Assembly: GCA_964537645.1 (NCBI GenBank)
Contig: CAZICC010000002.1
Coordinates: 1 to 28,114, forward strand
DNA from: an uncultured Candidatus Saccharibacteria bacterium
GTDB taxonomy: Bacteria > Patescibacteriota > Minisyncoccia > CAZICC01
Direction: 5' to 3'
Length of the DNA stretch: 28,114 bases
Positions 9,708 to 17,613 of this stretch are shown in pieces; positions within the stretch are counted from its first letter, which is position 1, and every line of letters begins with the position of its first letter. The notes below the pieces were generated by a model. It did not search any database. It was given only the letters and a program-made list of their open reading frames with translations, and was not told the DNA's origin. The translations under genes and the position numbers were made by a program.

Positions 9708-10574
9708 ATGACGATGGAAAAGGAAATATTTTCGCGAAAGACGCCTGAAGAAGAAAAATTATCTTCTCCGCTTTTGCGCAAGGAATTCAACGAGGAAATC
9801 GATTCGCTTTTCCAAAAAGAATTTTTAAAGGCGGTGGAAGCGGGCGACGAAATCAAACTGGCCCAATGGAAAAGGCGGTACTTAAACGAATACCCCGACC
9901 AAACCGAAGGCGTGGAGGCGCTTTTCGGCTTGAGGGAATTTTTGCTGAAGGACAAAAAAATAGCCGAAGAAAGGGAAAAAGAGGATTATAAAATAGAAAG
10001 ACGGCGCTTCCAGGATTTGACCGAATACCAGTTTCTTTTCACCCATTTCGTCGTGGAAAACGGCGGCGACGCGGAATTTCTGGAAAAATTCTGGAGGATG
10101 GGGCAAGCCATAAGCGAAAAAACCGGCGCCGCGAAACAATTCGGCAATCTCCGGCAGGGGATTTTGAGCCAGGCGGCGGTATACAGAATTCTTGAATCCA
10201 TCGGCGAAAAGCCGAAACTGTCCCATCCGGCCGAGGACGCCTTCAATGCCGTTGACCTATGGACCGCGGAAAAGGCGGCGGTGCAGGTGAAAGCGAGCCG
10301 GGCCCTGGAAAAACCGGCGGCGCTGGAGTCCGAGAGCGCCGCTTTCCCGGCGGTGGAAGCCAAAAGCGAATTCCAAAGCCGCTACTACAACGCTAAATAT
10401 TTCCACGATAACGCGCGATTCCGGACCAAAATCCGGGATTACGGCCGGCAGATAGGCGAAGAAATCAAGGGATACATGCTTGTCATCCCTTATTCAAAAA
10501 TTGATTCCGCGACCGGCCAACCCTCTCCGGAGTTGGTGAAATTTTTCAAGGATAAATTAAAAACGTCGGAATAA
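9708..10574 (+). CDS. Hypothetical protein, possible PD-(D/E)xK-like fold
   Basis: 288-aa ORF in the operon; contains EDAFNAVDLW...AVQVK. Confidence 0.75.
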   Translation: MTMEKEIFSRKTPEEEKLSSPLLRKEFNEEIDSLFQKEFLKAVEAGDEIKLAQWKRRYLNEYPDQTEGVEALFGLREFLLKDKKIAEEREKEDYKIERRRFQDLTEYQFLFTHFVVENGGDAEFLEKFWRMGQAISEKTGAAKQFGNLRQGILSQAAVYRILESIGEKPKLSHPAEDAFNAVDLWTAEKAAVQVKASRALEKPAALESESAAFPAVEAKSEFQSRYYNAKYFHDNARFRTKIRDYGRQIGEEIKGYMLVIPYSKIDSATGQPSPELVKFFKDKLKTSE

Positions 10575-11137
10575 TGGACATTCTTTCCCACGGCCTTTGG
10601 GCCGGCGCGGCTTATAAAGCCGCCAATAAAACTATCGGAAAAGGCAAAAAGCCGTTTCGCGTTTGGCTGGCGGCTCTTTGGGGAATCGTTCCGGATATTT
10701 TTTCTTTCGGGATTTTGTTCGTCTGGATAGCAGGCCAATTGATTTTCGGCGGATTAAATTTTTACGATTTTCCTATTAATATAGAGCGGCCCGATATGGA
10801 ACCCGCGCCAGGCGATACTTTATTTATTTTCCGCCTGACTTCGTTTTTATACAGCGCCAGCCACAGTTTGGTTGTTTTCGCTTTCGTTTTTGGACTCGCA
10901 ATTTTGGTTTTTCGCCGGTACATCTGGGAAATGGGCGGTTGGCTGATTCACATACTGATTGACATCCCGACGCATTCGTATCAATTTTATCCGACGCCAT
11001 TTTTATGGCCGGTCTCCGATTGGAAATTTGACGGTTTTTCCTGGGGAAATTCCTGGTTCATGTTTTTCAATTATCTTGCTCTGGCAGCCGTTTATTATTT
11101 ACTACTCAAAAAAAGAAAGAAGAAAACCGATGTTTAG
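10574..11137 (+). CDS. Membrane-bound metal-dependent hydrolase (YdjM-like)
   Basis: MDILSHGLW, PDIF, SHSLV and IHILIDIPTH motifs with TM segments. Confidence 0.85.
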   Translation: MDILSHGLWAGAAYKAANKTIGKGKKPFRVWLAALWGIVPDIFSFGILFVWIAGQLIFGGLNFYDFPINIERPDMEPAPGDTLFIFRLTSFLYSASHSLVVFAFVFGLAILVFRRYIWEMGGWLIHILIDIPTHSYQFYPTPFLWPVSDWKFDGFSWGNSWFMFFNYLALAAVYYLLLKKRKKKTDV

Positions 11138-12923
11138 GATTATCGCGTTATTTTTTTCGGTTGCTTTGGCCGCCGCGGTTTCCGGCGCTCTTTTGCGTTC
11201 TTTGATTCCGACTCGGACGGAAGCGGATATTTTCCGCTCCGTTTTTTTCGCGTTTTCGCCGAAAAGCGGCAACGAAGCGGGTCCGACGCCGGCGCTTCCC
11301 GAAAGGCCTGTCGCCGGCGGAGTGGTTCCGCACCATTTGCTCGCCGCAGAAATCATTGAAAAATTTTTCGGGACTCTCGCTTCCGAAATCCAGCCGGAAA
11401 CCATCGTTATTTTAAGTCCTGACCATTTCAACGCCGCGAACGCCCTGGGTTATTCCAGGTTAATCGCTCCGTCCCCGGCTATCGGGGAAATCGACGGCCT
11501 GGCGCTCGACTCCGAGCTTCTTGAAAATTTGTACGACGCGGATATTCTGGTTCCGGGAGAATCTTTCATCGCGCTGGAGCACGGCATAACCGCCCTTTTG
11601 CCGTTCGTGAAAAAATATTTCCCGGAAAGCCGCGCGGTTCCGCTCGTCGTTCCTTTCGCGCTTCCGAAAGAAACCGCGGAAACTTTGGTCGAAACAATTG
11701 AAACCCGAGGAGCCAAAAATTCAATAATAATCGCCAGCGTTGATTTTTCCCATTATCTTCCGGAAAGCGCGGCTTATCTTCACGACGTCAAAAGTATTTC
11801 GACTTTGGTGAATTTTCGAAAAGAGGAATTTGAAAAATTGGAAGTTGATTGCTGGCAATGCTTGTACGCCCTCCGAAAACTGGCCGAATCGCGGGATGCC
11901 GGATACCCGGAAATAATCGCCCATAAAAATTCCGTTGATTTCTGGAAAGGCGAATCGCCGGAAGAGACCACTTCTTATTTCAGCGCGATTTTCAAAAAAG
12001 ACGGCGGCGTTTTGCCCGAAGGTCTTGACGGCCGCTCGGTTATTTTTCTCGGCGATATAATGCTTGGTCGGCACGTGGAATACTTGATGAATAAAAACGG
12101 ATTTTCCTATCCTTTTGAAAAAATCAAGCCGTTTTTCGCCGGGGTGGACGTCGTTTTCGGAAATTTGGAAGGCCCGATTTCGGCGAATCCCGCGAAATTT
12201 CCGAATGGTTCCCTCAAGTTTTCTTTCTCAGCGGCCGCGGCCCGGTCTCTTTCTTCCGCCGGAATCACGCTGGTTTCGCTGGCCAACAACCATTCGTTTG
12301 ACGCGGGGCAAGCCGGACTTGCCGAAACCAGGGACATTTTGAGGAAATCGGGAATTGATTTCGCCGGCGATCCTTTGAAATGCGGGGAAGAATTTTCGTT
12401 CCGGAAAGACAATTTGGTTTTTCTGGCCTTCAACAAAACCTGGCCCGGGATTTGCCCGGAAGACGAAATCATTAAAACCATTGGGTCGCTCAAAAAATCC
12501 GCGCCGGAATCGTATATCGCGATAAGCGTCCATTGGGGAGAGGAATACCGGCCGAAAAGCTCGCCAGACCAGCGGGAACTCGCCCGCCTGATTATTGACG
12601 CCGGCGCCGACGCGGTTTTCGGCCACCATCCCCACGTAGTTCAGGAAATTGAAATTTACCGCCAAAAACCGGTTTTTTATTCCCTGGGGAATTTCGTTTT
12701 TGACCAGTATTTTTCCGAGGAAACCCAGGAGGGCCTCGCGGTCGGCGCGGAAATTTTTCCGAGCCGAACGGCTTACCGCTTGTTCCCTGTAAAAATTCAT
12801 TACGGCCAGCCGGTTTTAATGGTCGGAAAAGAAAAAGAGTTATTTTTGGAAAACCTGGCTTTAAAATCCATTCCGGATTTGGCGCGGTCTATAAAAAATG
12901 GTAAGATTGAATTAGGTTTTTAA
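11130..12923 (+). CDS. MEMO1/AmmeMemoRadiSam protein B-like domain fused to a CapA (PGA_cap) metallophosphoesterase-like domain, with N-terminal anchor
   Basis: MEMO motifs GGVVPHH, LSPDHF, EHGI and ASVDFSHYL; CapA motifs GDIMLGR, NLEGPI, SLANNH, VHWGEEY, GHHPHVVQ and YSLGNFVFDQ. ATG 11130 overlaps the upstream gene end. Confidence 0.88.
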   Translation: MFRIIALFFSVALAAAVSGALLRSLIPTRTEADIFRSVFFAFSPKSGNEAGPTPALPERPVAGGVVPHHLLAAEIIEKFFGTLASEIQPETIVILSPDHFNAANALGYSRLIAPSPAIGEIDGLALDSELLENLYDADILVPGESFIALEHGITALLPFVKKYFPESRAVPLVVPFALPKETAETLVETIETRGAKNSIIIASVDFSHYLPESAAYLHDVKSISTLVNFRKEEFEKLEVDCWQCLYALRKLAESRDAGYPEIIAHKNSVDFWKGESPEETTSYFSAIFKKDGGVLPEGLDGRSVIFLGDIMLGRHVEYLMNKNGFSYPFEKIKPFFAGVDVVFGNLEGPISANPAKFPNGSLKFSFSAAAARSLSSAGITLVSLANNHSFDAGQAGLAETRDILRKSGIDFAGDPLKCGEEFSFRKDNLVFLAFNKTWPGICPEDEIIKTIGSLKKSAPESYIAISVHWGEEYRPKSSPDQRELARLIIDAGADAVFGHHPHVVQEIEIYRQKPVFYSLGNFVFDQYFSEETQEGLAVGAEIFPSRTAYRLFPVKIHYGQPVLMVGKEKELFLENLALKSIPDLARSIKNGKIELGF

Positions 12924-12926
12924 CGG

Positions 12927-13010
12927 TGACGGAATAACACGGATATCATACGGAAAAACTCGGAAATAAAATTCCGCGAAATTCCGTCAGATATCCGCGA
13001 AAATCCGTAA
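12927..13010. repeat. CCGCG/CCGT-type ~10-11-nt-period imperfect hairpin upstream of the beta-propeller gene
   Basis: TGACGGAAT (12927-35) pairs with ATTCCGTCA (12981-89); the 26-mer at 12964-12989 is identical to 15275-15300. Confidence 0.75.
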
Positions 13011-13018
13011 ATCAAAAC

Positions 13019-15145
13019 ATGAATTTATTCAACAAAAAACTCGTCGGGAAAATCGACCCGCTGATTTTAATCTCAATGCTGGCAATCGCGCTCCTCGCGC
13101 TTATTGTTTTTTTGGGCTCGCCGGATTATTTCAGGAAGCCGCCGGCCGAAGAAACTCCGCCGGCCGGAACTCCGATTTTCATTCCCGTTTCTGAAGAAAT
13201 AAAAAAATTCGCCTCGGAAGAAGAATTTGTCTCTTATTTGAAGGAGACGCGGTCTTCCGGTTACGGTTGGGAATTCACGGGGAGTATTGACCGTTTATTG
13301 TCGCCTCAATGGCCGGAAGCGGCGCCCCAATCCGCGGCCGAAAAAGGAGGCGGCGGGGATATGCCGAGCCGCGTTTCCGAAACCACGGTCCAGGTTGAAG
13401 GCATTGACGAACCGGACATCGTCAAAACCGACGGCAAGGAAATATATTTCAGCCGGCCAGCCGGTCCCTGGATTTACAGGGAGCAAATCGGCATTATGCC
13501 TCCTTACCAAAGAACCGGCGACACTTTGCTCATCAAGGCCTTTCCGCCGGCCGATTTGAAAATCAACTCTTCCATTAAAACTTCGGGGAACCTGCTTTTG
13601 ACGAAGAACAAACTGGTGGTTATCCCCGATCCGTCGGCCGGTTATTACGTCGGCGAGCGCGTCATCGGCGGTTACGACGTTTCCAATTCCGCGTCTCCGA
13701 AGCTGAACTGGCAAATAAAACTGGACCAAAAGACGCAAATTGCCGCCAGCCGGCTTTATAAAGATAAAATCTATTTGATAACCAGAAATTACATCCAGGA
13801 ATCCCGGCCTTGCCCGATTAAGCCGTTGGAAATCGGCGGTGTTCCGTTCACGGTTGAATGTCGCGATATTTACCATCCGGTCCGGCCGGTGCCCGCCGAC
13901 ACGACATTCACGGTTATGATTTTGAATCCCGAGACCGGGAAAATTGAAAAATCCGTTTCTTTCGTCGGTTCTTCCGGCTCGTCGGTCGTTTATATGTCTC
14001 CGAACGCCGTTTACGTCACCTACACCTATAACGAAAGTTTCATTAAATTTTTCCTCGCTTTTCTCAAAGAAAAAGGCAAGGGCCTTTATCCCGATGAGTT
14101 GATAGACAAATTGGACAAAATCGACGGTTATGACATCAGCGAGGCGGCCAAAACCGTTGAGTTCCAATCCGTAATTGAAAAATACGCGAGTTCCTTAAGC
14201 GACGACGAAAAACTGCGTCTGCGAAACGAATTAACCAATCGCTTGTCCGATTACCACAACGAACATAAGCGCGATTTGGAAAAAACCGGCATCGTGAAAA
14301 TTTCCACGAACGCCCTCAATATTGAAACGGTCGGCAGCGTGCCGGGACGCCCCCTGAACCAGTTTTCTTTGGACGAATACAAAGATAATTTGAGAATCGC
14401 GGTTACCGTCGGCGGGAGTTCGGGTTGGGGATGGAGATTTTCAACGGTCGGCCAAAGCCAGAGCGCCAACGACGTTTACGTTCTTGACTCCGGGTTGAAA
14501 ATTCTCGGAGCCGCCAAAGATATGGGTTTGACCGAAAGGATTTATTCCGTCCGCTTTATCGAAGATAAAGGTTATGTGGTCACCTTCAGGGAAATAGACC
14601 CTTTTTACGTCCTTGACTTGTCCGACCCGCGAAACCCGGATATCAAAGGCGAACTGAAAATTCCCGGATTTTCTTCGTATCTCCATCCGATAACCAAAGA
14701 CAAAATTTTGGGCATCGGCCAGGAGAATTGGCAGGTTAAAATTTCCCTTTTCGACGTGAGCTCGCCGCAAAATCCCGTTGAAAAAGCCAAATATCTGCTG
14801 GAAGAGGGATGGTCCGAAGTTCTAAGCAACCACCACGCCTTTTTACAGGACAAAAAGCACCAGATTTTCTTTTTGCCGGGCGGCGAAGGCGCGTATGTCT
14901 TTTCCTATAAAGGCGATAAACTGGAATTGATTAAAGCAATCAGCGGCTTGACGCAGGCGCGCCGGGCGATTTATCTCAATGACTATCTTTACGTAATCGC
15001 CGACGATAAAATCACCGTGATGAACGAAATTGACTGGGAAAAAGTTCGGGAATTTGACCTATTCGCGTCAATCCCGCCGATAACCACTCCACCCCCTCCG
15101 GCGCCGACCGTCACCATTCCGCCGTTCCCTTGGCCGGAATTTTGA
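13019..15145 (+). CDS. Membrane-anchored beta-propeller domain protein (COG4880-like)
   Basis: SETTVQVEGIDEPDIVKTDG, GSVPGRPLNQFSLDEY, ERIYSVRF, VTFREIDPFYVLDL and GELKIPGFSSYLHP; N-terminal TM helix. Confidence 0.9.
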   Translation: MNLFNKKLVGKIDPLILISMLAIALLALIVFLGSPDYFRKPPAEETPPAGTPIFIPVSEEIKKFASEEEFVSYLKETRSSGYGWEFTGSIDRLLSPQWPEAAPQSAAEKGGGGDMPSRVSETTVQVEGIDEPDIVKTDGKEIYFSRPAGPWIYREQIGIMPPYQRTGDTLLIKAFPPADLKINSSIKTSGNLLLTKNKLVVIPDPSAGYYVGERVIGGYDVSNSASPKLNWQIKLDQKTQIAASRLYKDKIYLITRNYIQESRPCPIKPLEIGGVPFTVECRDIYHPVRPVPADTTFTVMILNPETGKIEKSVSFVGSSGSSVVYMSPNAVYVTYTYNESFIKFFLAFLKEKGKGLYPDELIDKLDKIDGYDISEAAKTVEFQSVIEKYASSLSDDEKLRLRNELTNRLSDYHNEHKRDLEKTGIVKISTNALNIETVGSVPGRPLNQFSLDEYKDNLRIAVTVGGSSGWGWRFSTVGQSQSANDVYVLDSGLKILGAAKDMGLTERIYSVRFIEDKGYVVTFREIDPFYVLDLSDPRNPDIKGELKIPGFSSYLHPITKDKILGIGQENWQVKISLFDVSSPQNPVEKAKYLLEEGWSEVLSNHHAFLQDKKHQIFFLPGGEGAYVFSYKGDKLELIKAISGLTQARRAIYLNDYLYVIADDKITVMNEIDWEKVREFDLFASIPPITTPPPPAPTVTIPPFPWPEF

Positions 15146-15198
15146 AATGAAAAACTACGCGAAGGTCGGCAATAAAAAGGGTCGGCCGGCTTTTCGCG

Positions 15199-15223
15199 CG
15201 GCGGCATCTTTCAGATGCCGCCG
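15199..15223 (+). other. Perfect 11-bp GC-rich hairpin downstream of the beta-propeller gene
   Basis: CGGCGGCATCT-TTC-AGATGCCGCCG; no U-tract. Confidence 0.6.
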
Positions 15224-15236
15224 ATATCTTAAAGTA

Positions 15237-15321
15237 AGACGGATAAACGCGGATATCAGACGGAAGGGCGCGGAAAATAAAATTCCGCGAAATTCCGTCA
15301 AATACCCGAGAAATTCCGTCA
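15237..15321. repeat. CCGCG/CCGT-type repeat hairpin, second copy
   Basis: ACGGATAAACGCGGATATCAGACGGAA...AAATTCCGCGAAATTCCGTCA...AAATTCCGTCA ends just before ATG 15329. Confidence 0.75.
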
Positions 15322-15328
15322 GTAAAAA

Positions 15329-15544
15329 ATGGAACAATTTTTGACCCAAAATTCCTGGATATTCGTCCTGCTTGCCCTGTGGATCCTTCCCTGGAAAGGA
15401 GTGGCCTTGTGGAAATCGGCCAGGGCCGGCAGTAAATGGTGGTTCATTGCCTTGCTTGCGACAAATACCCTTGGTCTTTTGGAAATTCTCTACATTTTCG
15501 TTTTTAGCGGGACGAAAAAAACGTCCCGGCCGGAAAATGCTTGA
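15329..15544 (+). CDS. Small membrane protein, DUF5652-like
   Basis: WILPWKGVALWKSAR...WWFIALL..NTLGLLEILYIF pattern. Confidence 0.8.
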   Translation: MEQFLTQNSWIFVLLALWILPWKGVALWKSARAGSKWWFIALLATNTLGLLEILYIFVFSGTKKTSRPENA

Positions 15545-16209
15545 AATTTCCCCATCGCTTATCGGTTCTCTCCTGGAATGCCCCAGGTGCCTTTGACTGT
15601 ATTTTAACGAGGGATTGAAACGGCTTCGGGGAATCTTTCCAAGTTTGCCCGACGGAATGGACGAAACCTTTAAGAATTATTTTGACGAATACCGCGCCAA
15701 AGACGAATTGCCTCCGGAAATCGCCGGCCGGATTGGCGCCAAGCTTTTTGGCGACATGGAAAAACTGGACGTCTGGCGCAACATCAATTTCGGTCGGGGG
15801 AGGGATTCAAGGTCGAATTCCCCGAATACGATATTCTGGTGTCGGGCGCCATTGACGAGGTTCTTGTCGCGCCGGACGGCAAATACATCCCGCTTGATTT
15901 CAAGACCCGCGGCTACGCCGTCAAAGAAGATACCCGCGAACATTACCGCTAACCAGCTGGACTTTTACGCCCTGCTTTTTGAAAGAAACGGCCTGCCGCC
16001 GGCCCAAAACGGCTACCTTTTGTTTTTTTTGGCCCAAAAAATACGGCGGCGGAAAAGCGGATTTCAACACGGAGCTCGTGGAAATGGATATCAGCCCGAA
16101 CCGGGCCGGGCAAATCCTGAAAAAGGTCCGGGAAATCATTAACGGCTACAATCCTTCGGCGCATTCTGACTGCGAATACTGCCGCCACCGGAAATCAAGC
16201 AAAAATTGA
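15537..16209 (+). pseudogene. Disrupted PD-(D/E)xK (RecB/Cas4-like) nuclease gene
   Basis: The reconstructed protein reads SPS...ECPRCL*LYF...GAIDEVL...IPLDFKTRG...QLDFYALL...CEYC. It has an in-frame TGA at 15594-15596 and three frameshifts (near 15797, 15950 and the T-run near 16022-16031). Confidence 0.85.
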
Positions 16210-16225
16210 AACGCCCGTTGCGCTA

Positions 16226-16254
16226 TTGCGGCGGCCGCGGCGGCGTGATATAAT
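16226..16254 (+). promoter_or_regulatory. sigma70-type promoter
   Basis: TTGCGG-N17-TATAAT with a TG extension. Confidence 0.7.
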
Positions 16255-16311
16255 TGAATTAGCGGAATTTTAAAATATAATAATCAAACAAAAAGGAAAC
16301 TTTTTCCGACC

Positions 16312-16812
16312 ATGGAAAACAGTTTCCCCAAAAAAATGATACAAACACTGATTCTTTTTTCTTTATTAAATTCCGTCTGGATATTGGTTTTTAAACTCAT
16401 CGGTCCTCTGGTCAGAAAAATGATTCATAAGGAAGCCGTCGAAGAGCAATCGTCAACGATGAAAATATTGATTGACGTCATATTTTTCAGTTTCGCCGCC
16501 AACGGTTTCTATTTTTTCTTTTTCAAGATTATTCCGCTCGATATCGTTATGGACAATATAATGCCGGGATTTTGGGTGTTGACCATTTGGTTCGGAGGAT
16601 TGAGTTTCATTGGTTATCTCAATCTCCAAAGATACATCAGATGGTGGGCGATCGCGATAACGGTTTACTTCGTCGTCATCCTCGCCATTATGCAGTTTGA
16701 AGTCGGGAAAAATACGGCAAACGTCCTTGACCAGTTTTTCAACGTTTTCACCGCTTTTATGACGGTTCTGTTTCCGGCGGAACTGGGGAATTTATTCAGG
16801 AAAATAAATTGA
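16312..16812 (+). CDS. Hypothetical membrane protein
   Basis: 166 aa with about five hydrophobic segments; AT-rich coding sequence. Confidence 0.75.
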   Translation: MENSFPKKMIQTLILFSLLNSVWILVFKLIGPLVRKMIHKEAVEEQSSTMKILIDVIFFSFAANGFYFFFFKIIPLDIVMDNIMPGFWVLTIWFGGLSFIGYLNLQRYIRWWAIAITVYFVVILAIMQFEVGKNTANVLDQFFNVFTAFMTVLFPAELGNLFRKIN

Positions 16813-16843
16813 AAAATACGCTAACCATCAAATTGGAATTTTT

Positions 16844-17284
16844 ATGGTGAATAAAATTCTTCCTTATGTTTTAATGGCCCTTGTTTTCGCGGTTTTCGTT
16901 TACTTCTTTTCTTTCAGGGACAAAGGCGCGCCGCCGGTTCTTCCGCCGAATGGCGCCACCGAACTTCAAATTGAAGACATAATCGTCGGTTCCGGCGAAG
17001 AAGCGAAAAACGGCGATTTGGCGACGGTTCATTACAGCGGCGTTTTGGCGGACGGAACAAAGTTTGACAGCTCTTACGACCGCGGCGAACCTTTCCAGTT
17101 CGTTTTGGGAGCCGGCCAGGTAATCCGTGGCTGGGATATGGGCGTTGCCGGAATGAAAATCAGCGGCAAGCGGAAACTGACGATTCCGTCGGAACTCGGC
17201 TATGGCAGCCAGGCCGTGGGCCCAATTCCGGCCAATTCCATCCTGATTTTTGAAGTGGAATTGCTGGCGGTCAGAAAGCCATAA
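16844..17284 (+). CDS. FKBP-type peptidyl-prolyl cis-trans isomerase with N-terminal anchor
   Basis: VHYSGVL.DGTKFDSSYDRGEPFQFVLG.GQVIRGWDMGV, IPSELGYG and IPANSILIFEVELL. Confidence 0.96.
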   Translation: MVNKILPYVLMALVFAVFVYFFSFRDKGAPPVLPPNGATELQIEDIIVGSGEEAKNGDLATVHYSGVLADGTKFDSSYDRGEPFQFVLGAGQVIRGWDMGVAGMKISGKRKLTIPSELGYGSQAVGPIPANSILIFEVELLAVRKP

Positions 17285-17389
17285 AAAAGCTTGTTTCAAT
17301 CAGTCGCCTCTAATATTGGAACGAGTATTCTAATTTGTCGTTCTCGCTATTCCTCCTTTTCCCTCTCTCTTTCATCCTCTTCATTATTT

Positions 17390-17460
17390 GTCATTCCGGC
17401 CTCCGGGCCGGAATTCGTATTTTCTGGATTCCGCATAACGTTTCGCGTTTACGAAATGAC
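17390..17460. repeat. Head-to-head doublet of GTCATTCC...GGAAT palindromic units (dRS3/REP-like)
   Basis: GTCATTCCGGCCTCCGGGCCGGAATTC (17390-17416) followed by the degenerate inverse unit GGATTCCGC...CGAAATGAC. Confidence 0.7.
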
Positions 17461-17474
17461 GGTTTTTAAACGGT

Positions 17475-17504
17475 CCCCGCGCCTTTTGAACAAAAGGCGC
17501 GGGG
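17475..17504 (+). terminator. Strong hairpin, possible terminator for the FKBP transcript
   Basis: CCCCGCGCCTTTT-GAAC-AAAAGGCGCGGGG; only a weak U-tract follows. Confidence 0.5.
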
Positions 17505-17533
17505 TTGAAATTTAAACCGAATCGGGGTATGAT
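17505..17533 (+). promoter_or_regulatory. sigma70-type promoter of dnaJ (no CIRCE)
   Basis: TTGAAA-N17-TATGAT. Confidence 0.65.
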
Positions 17534-17544
17534 AAATTGATAAA

Positions 17545-17610
17545 AGAACGCGTATAAAAATGATTAAAAATCCGCGTTAATCCGTTTGATATCCGCGGAA
17601 TTCCGTTTAT
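17545..17610. repeat. CCGCG/CCGT-type repeat, degenerate third copy, in the dnaJ leader
   Basis: AAATCCGCGTTAATCCGTTTGATATCCGCGGAATTCCGT resembles 12971-13010. Confidence 0.6.
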
Positions 17611-17613
17611 CAA

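Noticed and set aside
15060-15145. Pro-rich C-terminal tail of the beta-propeller protein as a sorting signal
   Set aside because: It has no LPxTG, PEP-CTERM or TM anchor pattern and looks like ordinary low-complexity sequence.
12927-15321. CRISPR array suggested by recurring repeats and a Cas4-like gene
   Set aside because: The repeats are dispersed or short-period tandem, with no constant 25-45-nt repeat separated by unique spacers, and there are no cas1/cas2 genes.
15594-15596. In-frame TGA as evidence of stop-codon recoding (code 25 or selenocysteine)
   Set aside because: dnaK, secD, dacA and others end in TGA at their expected C-termini. The same gene also has frameshifts, and Trp (TGG) is the expected residue, so a nonsense mutation is simpler.
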